A stretch of 64,000 bases of DNA. It comes from an uncultured Gammaproteobacteria bacterium. GTDB lineage: Bacteria > Pseudomonadota > Gammaproteobacteria > Xanthomonadales > Ahniellaceae. The translations under genes were made by a program, and so were the position numbers. Location: contig CAZTNB010000001.1 in the NCBI GenBank assembly GCA_964614825.1, forward strand, positions 338 to 64,337, read 5' to 3'. Of the stretch, positions 20,256-29,075 are shown one piece after another; the first letter of the stretch is position 1; every line of letters starts with the position of its first letter. Below the pieces are notes generated by a model, which was given only the letters and a program-made list of their open reading frames with translations, did no database searches and was not told the origin of the DNA.

Positions 20256-21610
20256 GCGATCTCGGACACGGTCACGCGGACCTTGCCCGAGGGCCCCAGC
20301 GGCAGCTCCTCGACCCGCTCGATCGCGAGCGTCATGCCCTCGCCCACCACCTTGCCGATCTGTTCGCGGCAGCGCCGCTCGGCGGCGGCGTCGAAGGCGG
20401 CGTCGGCGACCAGGCTGATGTCGAGCCGGTCGAGCTGGCGCTGGTGCACGCGGAAGCGCTTCACGCCCGGCGTGTCGTTGAACAGGAACGGGAAGAACTC
20501 GCCCGGCACCACGCGTCCATCGGGTGCGCGGATCGCGTCGAGCGTGCGGCCGACCACGCGCGCCAGCCGCGGCAGGCCGCGGCCGCAGGCGCAGGGCGTG
20601 GCCGGGCCGGGCACGGCGGTGTCGCCGTTGACGTAGCGCACGAACGGCATGCCGTAGTTGTGCAGGTCGGTCACCACCACCTCGCCGATCTCGCTGCCGT
20701 CGAGCGCCGGCTGGCGGTTCGCCACCTCCACCACCAGGTGGTCGGCGTTGACGTGCAGGCCTTCCTGCCGCTCGCACTGCGAGGCGACCAGCATGAACTC
20801 GCGGCAGCCGTAGGTGTTGTAGGCCTTGCAGCCGAAGGCGCGCTCGATCAGCTCGCGCTGGAAGTCGTGCAGCGCCTCGGCCGCCCCCAGTATCGACTGC
20901 GGGCTGTGCACCTTGCGCCCCTGCTCGAGCAGCCATTGCGCCAGGCGCACCAGCGGGTTGACGTAGCCCACGATGACGCGCGGCCGGTAGCGGTCGATCT
21001 CGTCGGCGTACTGCGCCATGTTGGCGCCCGACATGAGGTAGGTGTTGAGCACCTTGCGGCCGAACACGCGATGGTAGATGCCGTCCTTGATCCGATGCAG
21101 GTCGGTCGGCCCGTCCACCGGCGCGCCCCACAGGTACAGGGTGCGACGCCCCATGCGCGAACCGGCCCACCCGTAGCCGCGCCACATCACCGCGATGCGG
21201 CGTTCGAAGCTCTCGCGCGTGTAGCCCAGCCGCAGCGGCTCGCCGGTCGAGCCGCTGGTGCTCTTGTAGAGCATCCGGCCGCGCAGCGAGCGCGCGTGCA
21301 TGTCGTCGTAGTTGTCGCGGATGTCGCGCTTGGTCAGCACCGGCAGGCGCGCGTAGTCCGCCAGCGTGCGGATGTCGCCCGGCTCGATGCCGGCCTCGGA
21401 CCAGCGCCGGCGGTAGTACGGCACCTCGTTCCAGCAGTGGGCGAGCAGGCGCTGCAGCTTCTGCCACTGGATCGCGGCGATGCGCTCGGCCGGCAGCCAC
21501 TGGTCGCGCTCGTACTCGCGCAGGTAGCGCAGCGTGTGGCGACGGCGCAGCCCGCCCTCATAGAGCGGGAACAGCAGCTTGCGGAACAGGGACTCGTACA
21601 GGTCGCTCAC
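20252..21610 (-). CDS. PaaK/CapK-like adenylate-forming ligase (phenylacetate-CoA ligase / F390 synthetase family)
   Basis: ORF 20252..22879, trimmed to GTG at 21610 (VSDLYESLFRKLLFPLYE...). P-loop-like YKSTSGSTGEPL. 452 aa. GTGA overlap with the Wzx stop. Confidence 0.8.
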   Translation of the reverse strand: MSDLYESLFRKLLFPLYEGGLRRRHTLRYLREYERDQWLPAERIAAIQWQKLQRLLAHCWNEVPYYRRRWSEAGIEPGDIRTLADYARLPVLTKRDIRDNYDDMHARSLRGRMLYKSTSGSTGEPLRLGYTRESFERRIAVMWRGYGWAGSRMGRRTLYLWGAPVDGPTDLHRIKDGIYHRVFGRKVLNTYLMSGANMAQYADEIDRYRPRVIVGYVNPLVRLAQWLLEQGRKVHSPQSILGAAEALHDFQRELIERAFGCKAYNTYGCREFMLVASQCERQEGLHVNADHLVVEVANRQPALDGSEIGEVVVTDLHNYGMPFVRYVNGDTAVPGPATPCACGRGLPRLARVVGRTLDAIRAPDGRVVPGEFFPFLFNDTPGVKRFRVHQRQLDRLDISLVADAAFDAAAERRCREQIGKVVGEGMTLAIERVEELPLGPSGKVRVTVSEIA

Positions 21611-23160
21611 GTCGCCTCCCGGGCCGCCCTGCGGCCGGCCCATGCCAGCAGTCCGTCCAGCCCGGGCACGCGGCCCGACCCGATGCGCGCGAGCAGTTCG
21701 CGGATGTGCGCGATGTCGGCCACGCTCCAGCAGCCCAGCAACAGCGTCGCGAAGGCGTACGACAGCGAGACCACGACGAAGCCGGTGACGACCGCGGGCA
21801 ACGGATGCCCGATGTAGTGCGAAGGGAACGCGCACGCGGCGGCGATCGCGCCGGCACCGCCGATGCGCAGCAGGCGCGCCCACGGCAGGCGGGTGCCGCC
21901 GGTGCGCGCGCCGAACACGATCATCGCCGCGGCGCTGGCGATGGTCGCGACCGCATAGGCGGCGATCGCCCCATGCAGCCCGAAGCCGCGGATCAGCACC
22001 ACGTCCAGCCCGATCTTGAGCAGCCCGCACAGGAACACGATCGCCAGCACGATGTTCTGCCGCTCGGAGCTCATCAGCAGGCTCGACCCCCCCTGCGAGA
22101 CCACCGAGACCGACTTCGCGAACAGGATCACGGCGAAGGCCGGGGCGGCGGCCAGGTAGGCGTTGCCGTACAGCACCGCCATCACCGGCTCCGCGAACAG
22201 GACGCCGAAGGCCAGCAGCGGCATGGCCAGCAGCGCGAGGTAGGTGGTCGCGCCGACGAAGCGGCGGCCGGCGGCCTCGCGGCTCTGGCTCAGCGCGTTG
22301 GCCATCATCGGCAGCAGCAGGACGCCGAACACCCCTGGCACCAGCAGCGTGGCGCCGTCGGCCAGCTGGTAGGCGACCTTGAACTTGCCGGCCGCCGACG
22401 CGGTGTCGAGCAGGTTGAGGAACATCACCTCCACCTCGCTCGCGGTCACGTAAGTGATGATCACCATGACCGCGGTGATGCGCATGTGGCGCACGACCCG
22501 CGCGTGCAGCGACTCGGGCAGCGCCAGCCCCGCGGGGGATTCCGGCACCAGTCCGCCCGTCTGCCGGCTGGACACGAAATAGAACACCGCGCTGGAGACC
22601 GCGTACACGCCGAGGAAGCCCTCGACCGGCGCGCTGACCCACCACGCCAGCGCCACCAGCAGCAGGTTTGCCGGCGCCGCCACCGTGGCGATCACCGCGG
22701 TGGCGCGGAAGTGCTCGAAGCCCTTGGCGATGCAGACGTTGAACATGTAGTTGGCGCGCAACGCGGTGGACAGCGCCATGAGCAGGAACAGCAGCAGGTG
22801 GTTGAAGCCCGGCACGAGGTGGTCGCCGGCGAACCAGAACACCGCCGCGCCGGCCGCCAGCACGGCGACGAGGAACCACTGCTGCACGCGGCGCAGGAAG
22901 GCCAGCAGCGGCGCGATCAGCTCCGGGGTGCCGGCGCCGCGCAACTCGGCCACGAAGCGGATCACCGCGCCGGCGGTGCCGGCATTGACGATGGTCATGC
23001 TCACCGCGACCAGCCAGATGACGAGGCTGTACGCGCCGAAGCCGCCCGGCCCGAGGTCGCGCGCGATCAGGATCGAGGTCAGCATGCCGAGGAAATACTC
23101 GGTGTAGATCGCCACCGAGGTGAAGGCCGTGTTGCGCAGCGTGGTCGATCGCGTGTTCAT
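21607..23160 (-). CDS. Wzx-like polysaccharide flippase (MOP superfamily), copy 1
   Basis: ORF 21607..24546, trimmed to ATG at 23160 (MNTRSTTLRNTAFTSVAIYTEYFLGMLTSILIARDLGPGGFGAYSLV...). 517 aa, multi-TM. ATGA overlap with the Wzy-like stop. Confidence 0.85.
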   Translation of the reverse strand: MNTRSTTLRNTAFTSVAIYTEYFLGMLTSILIARDLGPGGFGAYSLVIWLVAVSMTIVNAGTAGAVIRFVAELRGAGTPELIAPLLAFLRRVQQWFLVAVLAAGAAVFWFAGDHLVPGFNHLLLFLLMALSTALRANYMFNVCIAKGFEHFRATAVIATVAAPANLLLVALAWWVSAPVEGFLGVYAVSSAVFYFVSSRQTGGLVPESPAGLALPESLHARVVRHMRITAVMVIITYVTASEVEVMFLNLLDTASAAGKFKVAYQLADGATLLVPGVFGVLLLPMMANALSQSREAAGRRFVGATTYLALLAMPLLAFGVLFAEPVMAVLYGNAYLAAAPAFAVILFAKSVSVVSQGGSSLLMSSERQNIVLAIVFLCGLLKIGLDVVLIRGFGLHGAIAAYAVATIASAAAMIVFGARTGGTRLPWARLLRIGGAGAIAAACAFPSHYIGHPLPAVVTGFVVVSLSYAFATLLLGCWSVADIAHIRELLARIGSGRVPGLDGLLAWAGRRAAREAT

Positions 23161-24416
23161 ACGGTCATCAACAGGACCTTGACCACGAGGTACAGCCCGA
23201 TCGCGCCGCCGATGCCGACCAGCGGCCACAGCCACAGGTCCTTGCCGAGCGGGAAGCGCGGCAGCGTGGGCACGCGCCGCCGCGCCTCGAGGTAGCAGCC
23301 CACGATCAAGCCGGTGAGCAGGTAGATCACCACGATGTAGGTGCGGCTGAGGAAGAACGCCGCGACCATGCAGCCGCTCAGCGACAGCAGCAGGGTGGAG
23401 GCGATGGCGCGGTCCTCGGCCGTGACCCCTTCGGGTGCGGCGGCGACCGGCGCGCGCAGGATGGCGAAGATCATGCGATAGCAGTAGGCAAGGAAGGCGA
23501 GCCAGACGGTGAAGCCGATGATGCCGGTCTCGGCCAGCACCAGCACGAAGGAATTGTGCGCGGTGAGGAAATGATAGTCGCTGAACTGGTTGGCGCCCAC
23601 GCCGAACACCGGGTTGGCGGCGAACATCTGCAGGCCCTCGTACCAGGCGTCGACCCGCCCGTAGGCCGAGGCCTCCTCGACGTCGAGCTGGCTCAGGCGC
23701 GAGGGCAGCAGCATCAGGCCGGCGAGACCCACCGCGCCGACGATCCCCGCGACCATCAGCCCGCGCCGGCGCCACAGGTGGATCACCACCAGCGACGCGG
23801 TGGCGAGCAGCGCGCCGCGCGAGTTGGTGAGGTAGATCGCATACAGGATCACCCCGGCCGCGGCCAGCCAGAACAGGCGGCGCAGGCCCATCAGGCCGCC
23901 ACGCCTGCTCAGCAGCAGCGCCATCGGCAAGGCGATCACGAACAGCATGCCGAGGTCGTTGGGGTCGTTGAAGATGCCCAGGTACTGGATGCGGCCGTCC
24001 TGGATCAGCGGCACGCCGGTCCAGCCGATGCCCTCTGCCTTCTGGTCGATGCCGTGGACCGCCGGCACCAGCGTGCACAGCACCAGGGTGGCCATCAGGG
24101 TGTAGGCGCGGCCGCGGTGGGTGATCGCGTTGGCGACCAGCACGAAGGCCGCGACGGTGGGGCCGAACTTGGTCAACTGGTCCACGGTGCCGCCGTACCA
24201 GCCGTTCATCGCCAGCGACAGCATGAGCACGAACAGGAAGGCGAACAGGAGCGGGAACTGCGGCGCGCCGAAGTCCTTGCGCCCGCCCAGGATCCACAGG
24301 CCGAAGGCCCCGGCCAGGGCGATCTGCAGCACCGGCACGCCCCAGTCCGCCAGCGCCGGGTACTCCTGCGGTCGCACGATGACGAGCGCGAGATAGAGCA
24401 GCACGAACAGGAACAT
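23157..24416 (-). CDS. O-antigen ligase/polymerase family membrane protein (Wzy-like)
   Basis: 419 aa, polytopic. YLTNSRGALLA, a large loop, then AHNSFVLVLAETGIIGF, typical of Wzy_C/O-antigen ligase proteins. Confidence 0.85.
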   Translation of the reverse strand: MFLFVLLYLALVIVRPQEYPALADWGVPVLQIALAGAFGLWILGGRKDFGAPQFPLLFAFLFVLMLSLAMNGWYGGTVDQLTKFGPTVAAFVLVANAITHRGRAYTLMATLVLCTLVPAVHGIDQKAEGIGWTGVPLIQDGRIQYLGIFNDPNDLGMLFVIALPMALLLSRRGGLMGLRRLFWLAAAGVILYAIYLTNSRGALLATASLVVIHLWRRRGLMVAGIVGAVGLAGLMLLPSRLSQLDVEEASAYGRVDAWYEGLQMFAANPVFGVGANQFSDYHFLTAHNSFVLVLAETGIIGFTVWLAFLAYCYRMIFAILRAPVAAAPEGVTAEDRAIASTLLLSLSGCMVAAFFLSRTYIVVIYLLTGLIVGCYLEARRRVPTLPRFPLGKDLWLWPLVGIGGAIGLYLVVKVLLMTV

Positions 24417-24718
24417 GCGGGATGCGGTCGCCGTGGGCAGCGTTGACGGGACGGCGGCGGGGTCGCCGCGCCGGGTCGCGGGGCGCGGCGCGGTGGGCCG
24501 TCGCCCGGCGGCTCGAGCGGCTGCAAAGGTACCACCAGCCCGCCACGACGCGGCAGCGGGCGGATGGGTCCGCGGTGGATGCGATTGTCGGTGGCGCCGG
24601 TCATAATGCCGGCCGGGGAAATCGCAATGCCTCCCGTTCGCGCAGCGGCCACCCCGGGCACCGGCTGGCGTCGCGGACCGGGGTGCTGTGCATCGAGAGG
24701 GGCGGCACGCAAGTGAAC

Positions 24719-25366
24719 ATGGGTCCGAGGCCGAGGAAGTTGCAGCTGCTGCGCTGGCTCCCGGGCGCGATCGTGAAGTCGCGCGGCCCGGCGCGCGGCA
24801 ATGCCATCTACCTCACCTTCGACGACGGGCCGCACCCCGAGTACACCCCGCGCGTGCTCGACGTGCTGGCGCGCCACGGCGCGCGCGGCAGCTTCTTCCT
24901 GATCGGCGAAAAGGTGCGGGCCCATCCGGACCTGGCGCGGCGCATCGCGGCCGAGGGTCATGCCATCGGCAACCATTCGAACTCGCACCCGGAGTTCCGC
25001 GCCATGACCCTGCCGCAGCAGGTGCGGGAGCTGGCGCTGGCCGACCTCGAGCTCGAGCGCATCGACGGCCAGCGCGACCACCTGGTGCGCACGCCGCGCG
25101 GCGCGCTGCCGGCGCGCCTGGTGCTGGACCTGGCGCGCCGCGGCCGGCCGATCGTGTTCTGGTCCTACGACACCCTCGACTACCGCCGCGGGCCGGCCGC
25201 CGAAGTGATCGAGATGATCCGGCGCGAACCGCCGCAGCCCGGCGACATCCTGCTGCTGCACGACGACGGGCCGGCGGTGATCGAGGTGCTGGAGGCGATG
25301 CTGCCGGAATGGGCCGCGCGCGGGCTGGCGCCGCGCGCCCTGCCCGCCTACCGGGACGCCGCATGA
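24719..25366 (+). CDS. Polysaccharide deacetylase (short NodB-domain protein)
   Basis: ORF 24422..25366, trimmed to ATG at 24719 (a GTG at 24713 is also possible). IYLTFDDGPHPEYTPRVLDVLARHGARGSFFLIGE...GHAIGNHSNSHP. Confidence 0.85.
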   Translation: MGPRPRKLQLLRWLPGAIVKSRGPARGNAIYLTFDDGPHPEYTPRVLDVLARHGARGSFFLIGEKVRAHPDLARRIAAEGHAIGNHSNSHPEFRAMTLPQQVRELALADLELERIDGQRDHLVRTPRGALPARLVLDLARRGRPIVFWSYDTLDYRRGPAAEVIEMIRREPPQPGDILLLHDDGPAVIEVLEAMLPEWAARGLAPRALPAYRDAA

Positions 25367-26550
25367 TCTGGCTGCTGCTGGTCCTGTTGGCCCTTGCCCT
25401 GGCGGCCGGCGCGCTGGCGCTGCTGCTGCGCTCGCGCAACATGCACCTGTGGATCGCGGACTACCTGCGGCGCCCGGCGCGGCCGCCGGTCGACGGCCCC
25501 ACCCACGTGATGTTCTGCTTCGTCGACCACTTCGAGCCCATGTGGGGCAAGGCCGACGCCGAGACCCAGCGCCGCCGGGTGGAGCGCTGGTGCCGCGACT
25601 ACCGGGCGCTGGCTTCGCGCCACCGCGACGCCGACGGGCGCCCGCCGCAGCACACCTTCTTCTATCCGGAAGAGGAGTACGTGCCGGAGTACCTCGACCA
25701 GCTCGCGGCGCTGTGCGCCGACGGCTACGGCGAGATCGAGGTGCACCTGCACCACGACAACGACACCGAGGCCAACTTCCGCGCCTCGGTGGCCCGCTTC
25801 CGCGACCTGCTGCACGCGCGCCACGGCGCGTTGCCGCGCGACCCGGCCACGGGCGAGCTGCGCTTCGGCTTCATCCACGGCAACTGGTGCCTCGACAACT
25901 CGCGCGCCGACGGCCGCTGGTGCGGGATCAACAACGAGCTGGTGCTGCTGCGCGAGCTCGGCTGCTACGCCGACTTCACCCTGCCCTCGGCGCCCAGCGA
26001 CACCCAGACCCGCACCGTCAACGCGATCTACTACGCGACCGACGACCCGCTGCGGCCGCGTTCGCACGATCGGGGCGAGCCCGTGCGCGCCGGCGGCCGG
26101 CCCAGCGGCGACCTGATGATCGTGCAGGGTCCGCTGGCGCTGAACTGGGCGCAGCGCCGCGCCGGCATCGTGCCGCGGATCGAGAACAGCGACGTGCGCG
26201 CCGCCAACCCGCCGACGCCGTCGCGGGTCGACGCCTGGGTGCGCACCGGCATCCACGTCGCCGGCCGCCCCGAGTGGGTGTTCGTGAAGGTGCACACCCA
26301 CGGCACCCAGGAGCGCGACATGGACACGCTGCTGGGCGATGCCATGCACGCGATGCACGACCACCTCGAGCGCGCCTACAACGACGGCAGCCGCTACGTG
26401 CTGCACTACGTCAGCGCGCGCGAGGCCTACAACATCATCAAGGCCGCCGAGGCCGGCAGGGGCGGCGATCCCGGCGCCTGGCGCGACTTCGTCCTGCCGC
26501 GGCCCTCGCATCGCGCGGCGGGCGCCCCGGCCGACGCGGCCGCCGGCTGA
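25363..26550 (+). CDS. Membrane-anchored conserved hypothetical protein (possible carbohydrate-esterase-like fold; function unknown)
   Basis: ORF 24688..26550, trimmed to ATG at 25363 (ATGA overlap with the NodB gene). N-terminal anchor MIWLLLVLLALALAAGALALLL. Motifs VMFCFVDHFEP, GEIEVHLHHDNDT, FGFIHGNWCLDNS, VKVHTHG. Confidence 0.7.
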   Translation: MIWLLLVLLALALAAGALALLLRSRNMHLWIADYLRRPARPPVDGPTHVMFCFVDHFEPMWGKADAETQRRRVERWCRDYRALASRHRDADGRPPQHTFFYPEEEYVPEYLDQLAALCADGYGEIEVHLHHDNDTEANFRASVARFRDLLHARHGALPRDPATGELRFGFIHGNWCLDNSRADGRWCGINNELVLLRELGCYADFTLPSAPSDTQTRTVNAIYYATDDPLRPRSHDRGEPVRAGGRPSGDLMIVQGPLALNWAQRRAGIVPRIENSDVRAANPPTPSRVDAWVRTGIHVAGRPEWVFVKVHTHGTQERDMDTLLGDAMHAMHDHLERAYNDGSRYVLHYVSAREAYNIIKAAEAGRGGDPGAWRDFVLPRPSHRAAGAPADAAAG

Positions 26551-26601
26551 TGCGCGCCGGCCGCGCGCGGCGCCGCTCGCGCTGAGCGCCGGAGCCCGCG
26601 C

Positions 26602-28125
26602 GTGAACGAGCGCCGGCGCACGCTGTCGAACACGGCCTGGTCGACCGTCGGCCTGTACGCCGAATACCTGCTCGGCCTCATCGCCTCGATCCTGATCGCG
26701 CGCGACCTCGGTCCGCACGAGATGGGCGTCTACAGCCTGGTGGTATGGATCGTGGCGATGGCGGTGGTGGTGGCGAACGCCGGCATCACCACCGCGGCGA
26801 TCAAGTTCGTGGCCGAGCTGCGCGGCGGTGGCCAGCAGGCGCTGGTGCCGGCGCTGGTGCAACGCCTGCGCGGACTGCAGCGGGCCATGCTCGCGGTGGT
26901 GCTGGTGGCGGTGGCGCTGGTGTACCTCGGCGCCGGCGCGCGCCTGATGCCGGACGTCGACGCCGGCCTGTTCGCCCTGCTGCTCGGCGCGGTCGCGCTG
27001 CGCGCGCCGTACATGTTCAACGTGTCGGTGGCCAAGGGCGCGCAGGACTTCCGCGGCACGGCGCTGGTCGCCGGCGTGGGCGCGGTGTCGAACCTGCTGC
27101 TGGTCGCGATCGCGTTCGCCAGCGGCGCGGCGCTGAACGTGTTCGTCGGCATCTACGCGGTGTCGAGCGCGGTGTTCTGGCTGGTCTCGCAGTGGTGCGC
27201 CGCGCGCGCCATCGGCGCGCCGCCGGCGACGCCGATGGCGCTGCCGCCGGCGCTGGAGGCGCGCGTGCGCCACCACCTGCGCGTGGTCGCCGTCACCATC
27301 GTGTTGAGCTCGGTCGGCGCCAGCGAGGTGGAGCTGCTGTTCCTGACCCTGCAGGGCCAGCCCGCGGCCGCCGGCCTGTTCAAGGTCGCCAATGCGCTGG
27401 CGCTGGGCGCCGCGCTGCTGGTGCCTGGCGTGGTCGGCCTGCAGATGCTGCCGCTGATGGCCAACGCCTACGGCCAGGGGCCGCAGGTCGCGGCGCGGCG
27501 CATTGGCACCGCCACGACCTGGCTGTTCCTGCTGGGTGCGCCCCTGGTGGCCTTCGGCGCCGTGTACTCCGCGCGCATCATCGAGCTGCTGTACGGGCCG
27601 GCGTACGCGCTGGCCGCGCCTGCGCTCGCCGGCCTGCTGGTCGCGCGCGTGGCCAGCACGCTGGGGCATGGCGCCTCGGCCTACCTGGTCAGCGCCGACC
27701 GGCAGACGGCGCTGATGGTGCTGACCCTGGTCTTCGGCGCACTGCGTTTCGCCGGCGCCTGGATCGGCATCCGCTACTTCGGGCTCGCCGGCGCGGTCGC
27801 CGCGGCGGCGGTGCTGGCGGTCCTCGGGTCCGGTTCGACGATCGCGCTGGCCCTTTACGAGACCGGGTCCGGCCTGCCGTGGGGCCGCCTGCTGCGCACC
27901 GCGCTGGCGGCGACCGCGGTCGCGCTCTGCACCTGGCCGCTGGCGCGCATCGACCCGGCGCTGGTCGCGCTGGCCGCCGGCGGACTCGCCTTCGCCGTGC
28001 TCTATCCGGCGGCGGTCCTGCTGCTGTGCTGCCTGAGCGCGGACGAGCGGGAGTTCGCCCGCGGGCTCTACGCGCGCCTCGGCGGCGACCGCCTGGCCGC
28101 GCTGTGGCGGCCGCGCCGCCGCTGA
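26602..28125 (+). CDS. Wzx-like polysaccharide flippase (MOP superfamily), copy 2
   Basis: 507 aa from GTG at 26602: MNERRRTLSNTAWSTVGLYAEYLLGLIASILIARDLGPHEMGVYSLVVWIVAMAVVVANAGITTAAIKFVAELRGGG. Clearly paralogous to copy 1 along its whole length. Confidence 0.85.
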   Translation: MNERRRTLSNTAWSTVGLYAEYLLGLIASILIARDLGPHEMGVYSLVVWIVAMAVVVANAGITTAAIKFVAELRGGGQQALVPALVQRLRGLQRAMLAVVLVAVALVYLGAGARLMPDVDAGLFALLLGAVALRAPYMFNVSVAKGAQDFRGTALVAGVGAVSNLLLVAIAFASGAALNVFVGIYAVSSAVFWLVSQWCAARAIGAPPATPMALPPALEARVRHHLRVVAVTIVLSSVGASEVELLFLTLQGQPAAAGLFKVANALALGAALLVPGVVGLQMLPLMANAYGQGPQVAARRIGTATTWLFLLGAPLVAFGAVYSARIIELLYGPAYALAAPALAGLLVARVASTLGHGASAYLVSADRQTALMVLTLVFGALRFAGAWIGIRYFGLAGAVAAAAVLAVLGSGSTIALALYETGSGLPWGRLLRTALAATAVALCTWPLARIDPALVALAAGGLAFAVLYPAAVLLLCCLSADEREFARGLYARLGGDRLAALWRPRRR

Positions 28126-28133
28126 GCCGCGGC

Positions 28134-29039
28134 TCAGGCCGGCGCGTGCGACACGCCGTTGTCGCGCACGCCGCGACCCAGCGCACGGCGCAGCAGTGCC
28201 CGCGCCGCGGCGTAGCCGCCCAGCACCGCCGCCTTGGCGCGGTCGCGCGCCGGCGAACGACCCACCGGGGCCGGTTCCAGGCCCAGGCGGCGCAGGCGCG
28301 CGTTGCCGCGGTAGAGCAGCTCGCGGCGGCGGGTGGCGTCGGTGTAGTACGTGAAGCTGACCGTGATCGAGGGCCCGTCGCCGTTCTCGACCATGTGCGG
28401 CGAGGTGGACGGCATGTAGCCGCCCATCCCCGGTTCGAGGTCGAACACGCGGGCGCGCGACCGGAAGGACTCGTCCCACACCACGCCCGCGCGCGAATGC
28501 TGGTCGTGGAACAGCTCCTGCCCGCGCTCCGACACCACCTCGCGATCGAAGGGATCCCAGGTGTAGAGGCGCTTGCGGCCGCGGATCTGCAGGATGAAAT
28601 TGTGCTCGTGGTCGATGTGGAACGGCGTCACCGCGCCGGGCGAACTGACGAAGATCCAGCCTCCCCGATAGCACATGCCGGGGTCGCGCGCCTCGACCAT
28701 GGGGCGCACCGAATCCAGCACCTCGTCGACCAGGCGCCGGTACACCGGATCGGCCTGCACGTTGAGCAGCGACATCCACGCCTTCGCCTGCGCGATGCCG
28801 GCCAGGGTCTCCTCGGCGCTGCGGCGATTCGGATGCAGCAGCGGGGCGTCGGCGAAGCTGCTGCCGGCGGTGGCCGCGTCGCTGTGGGTGCGCACCAGCT
28901 TGCGCGCCTCCAGGCGCCGCCCCAGTTCGACCAGCGCGTCGATCTGCAGCAGCGGGTGGTCGCGCAGGGCGTGCGTGACGGCCTGGATCCGCCACGGATC
29001 GAACGGTCCTTCCGCCGGGGAAACCAGGGCCTGCGCCAT
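28134..29039 (-). CDS. Cupin/JmjC-like putative Fe(II)/2-oxoglutarate-dependent oxygenase
   Basis: ORF 28134..29720, trimmed to ATG at 29039 (MAQALVSPAEGPFDPW...). HxD in TPFHIDHEHNF plus a distal His in STSPHMVENG. 301 aa. Confidence 0.7.
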   Translation of the reverse strand: MAQALVSPAEGPFDPWRIQAVTHALRDHPLLQIDALVELGRRLEARKLVRTHSDAATAGSSFADAPLLHPNRRSAEETLAGIAQAKAWMSLLNVQADPVYRRLVDEVLDSVRPMVEARDPGMCYRGGWIFVSSPGAVTPFHIDHEHNFILQIRGRKRLYTWDPFDREVVSERGQELFHDQHSRAGVVWDESFRSRARVFDLEPGMGGYMPSTSPHMVENGDGPSITVSFTYYTDATRRRELLYRGNARLRRLGLEPAPVGRSPARDRAKAAVLGGYAAARALLRRALGRGVRDNGVSHAPA

Positions 29040-29075
29040 GGCCGGCGATGATACGGCAGCTGTTATCCTGCGGCG

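Noticed and set aside
24417-24718. Divergent 302-bp promoter region between the Wzy-like gene and the NodB gene, with a CATAAT hexamer at 24602..24607.
   Set aside because: No acceptable -35 lies at 16-18 nt spacing. Without transcription start data a promoter call would be a guess.
25348-28995. ORF 25348..28995 minus (1215 aa), together with 13687..15807 plus (706 aa), 59898..62354 minus (818 aa) and 43502..45262 plus (586 aa).
   Set aside because: They are antisense or offset shadows of the hypothetical/Wzx-2/cupin genes, thrS, the lyase and the hydrolase/PPTase genes respectively. None has family motifs.
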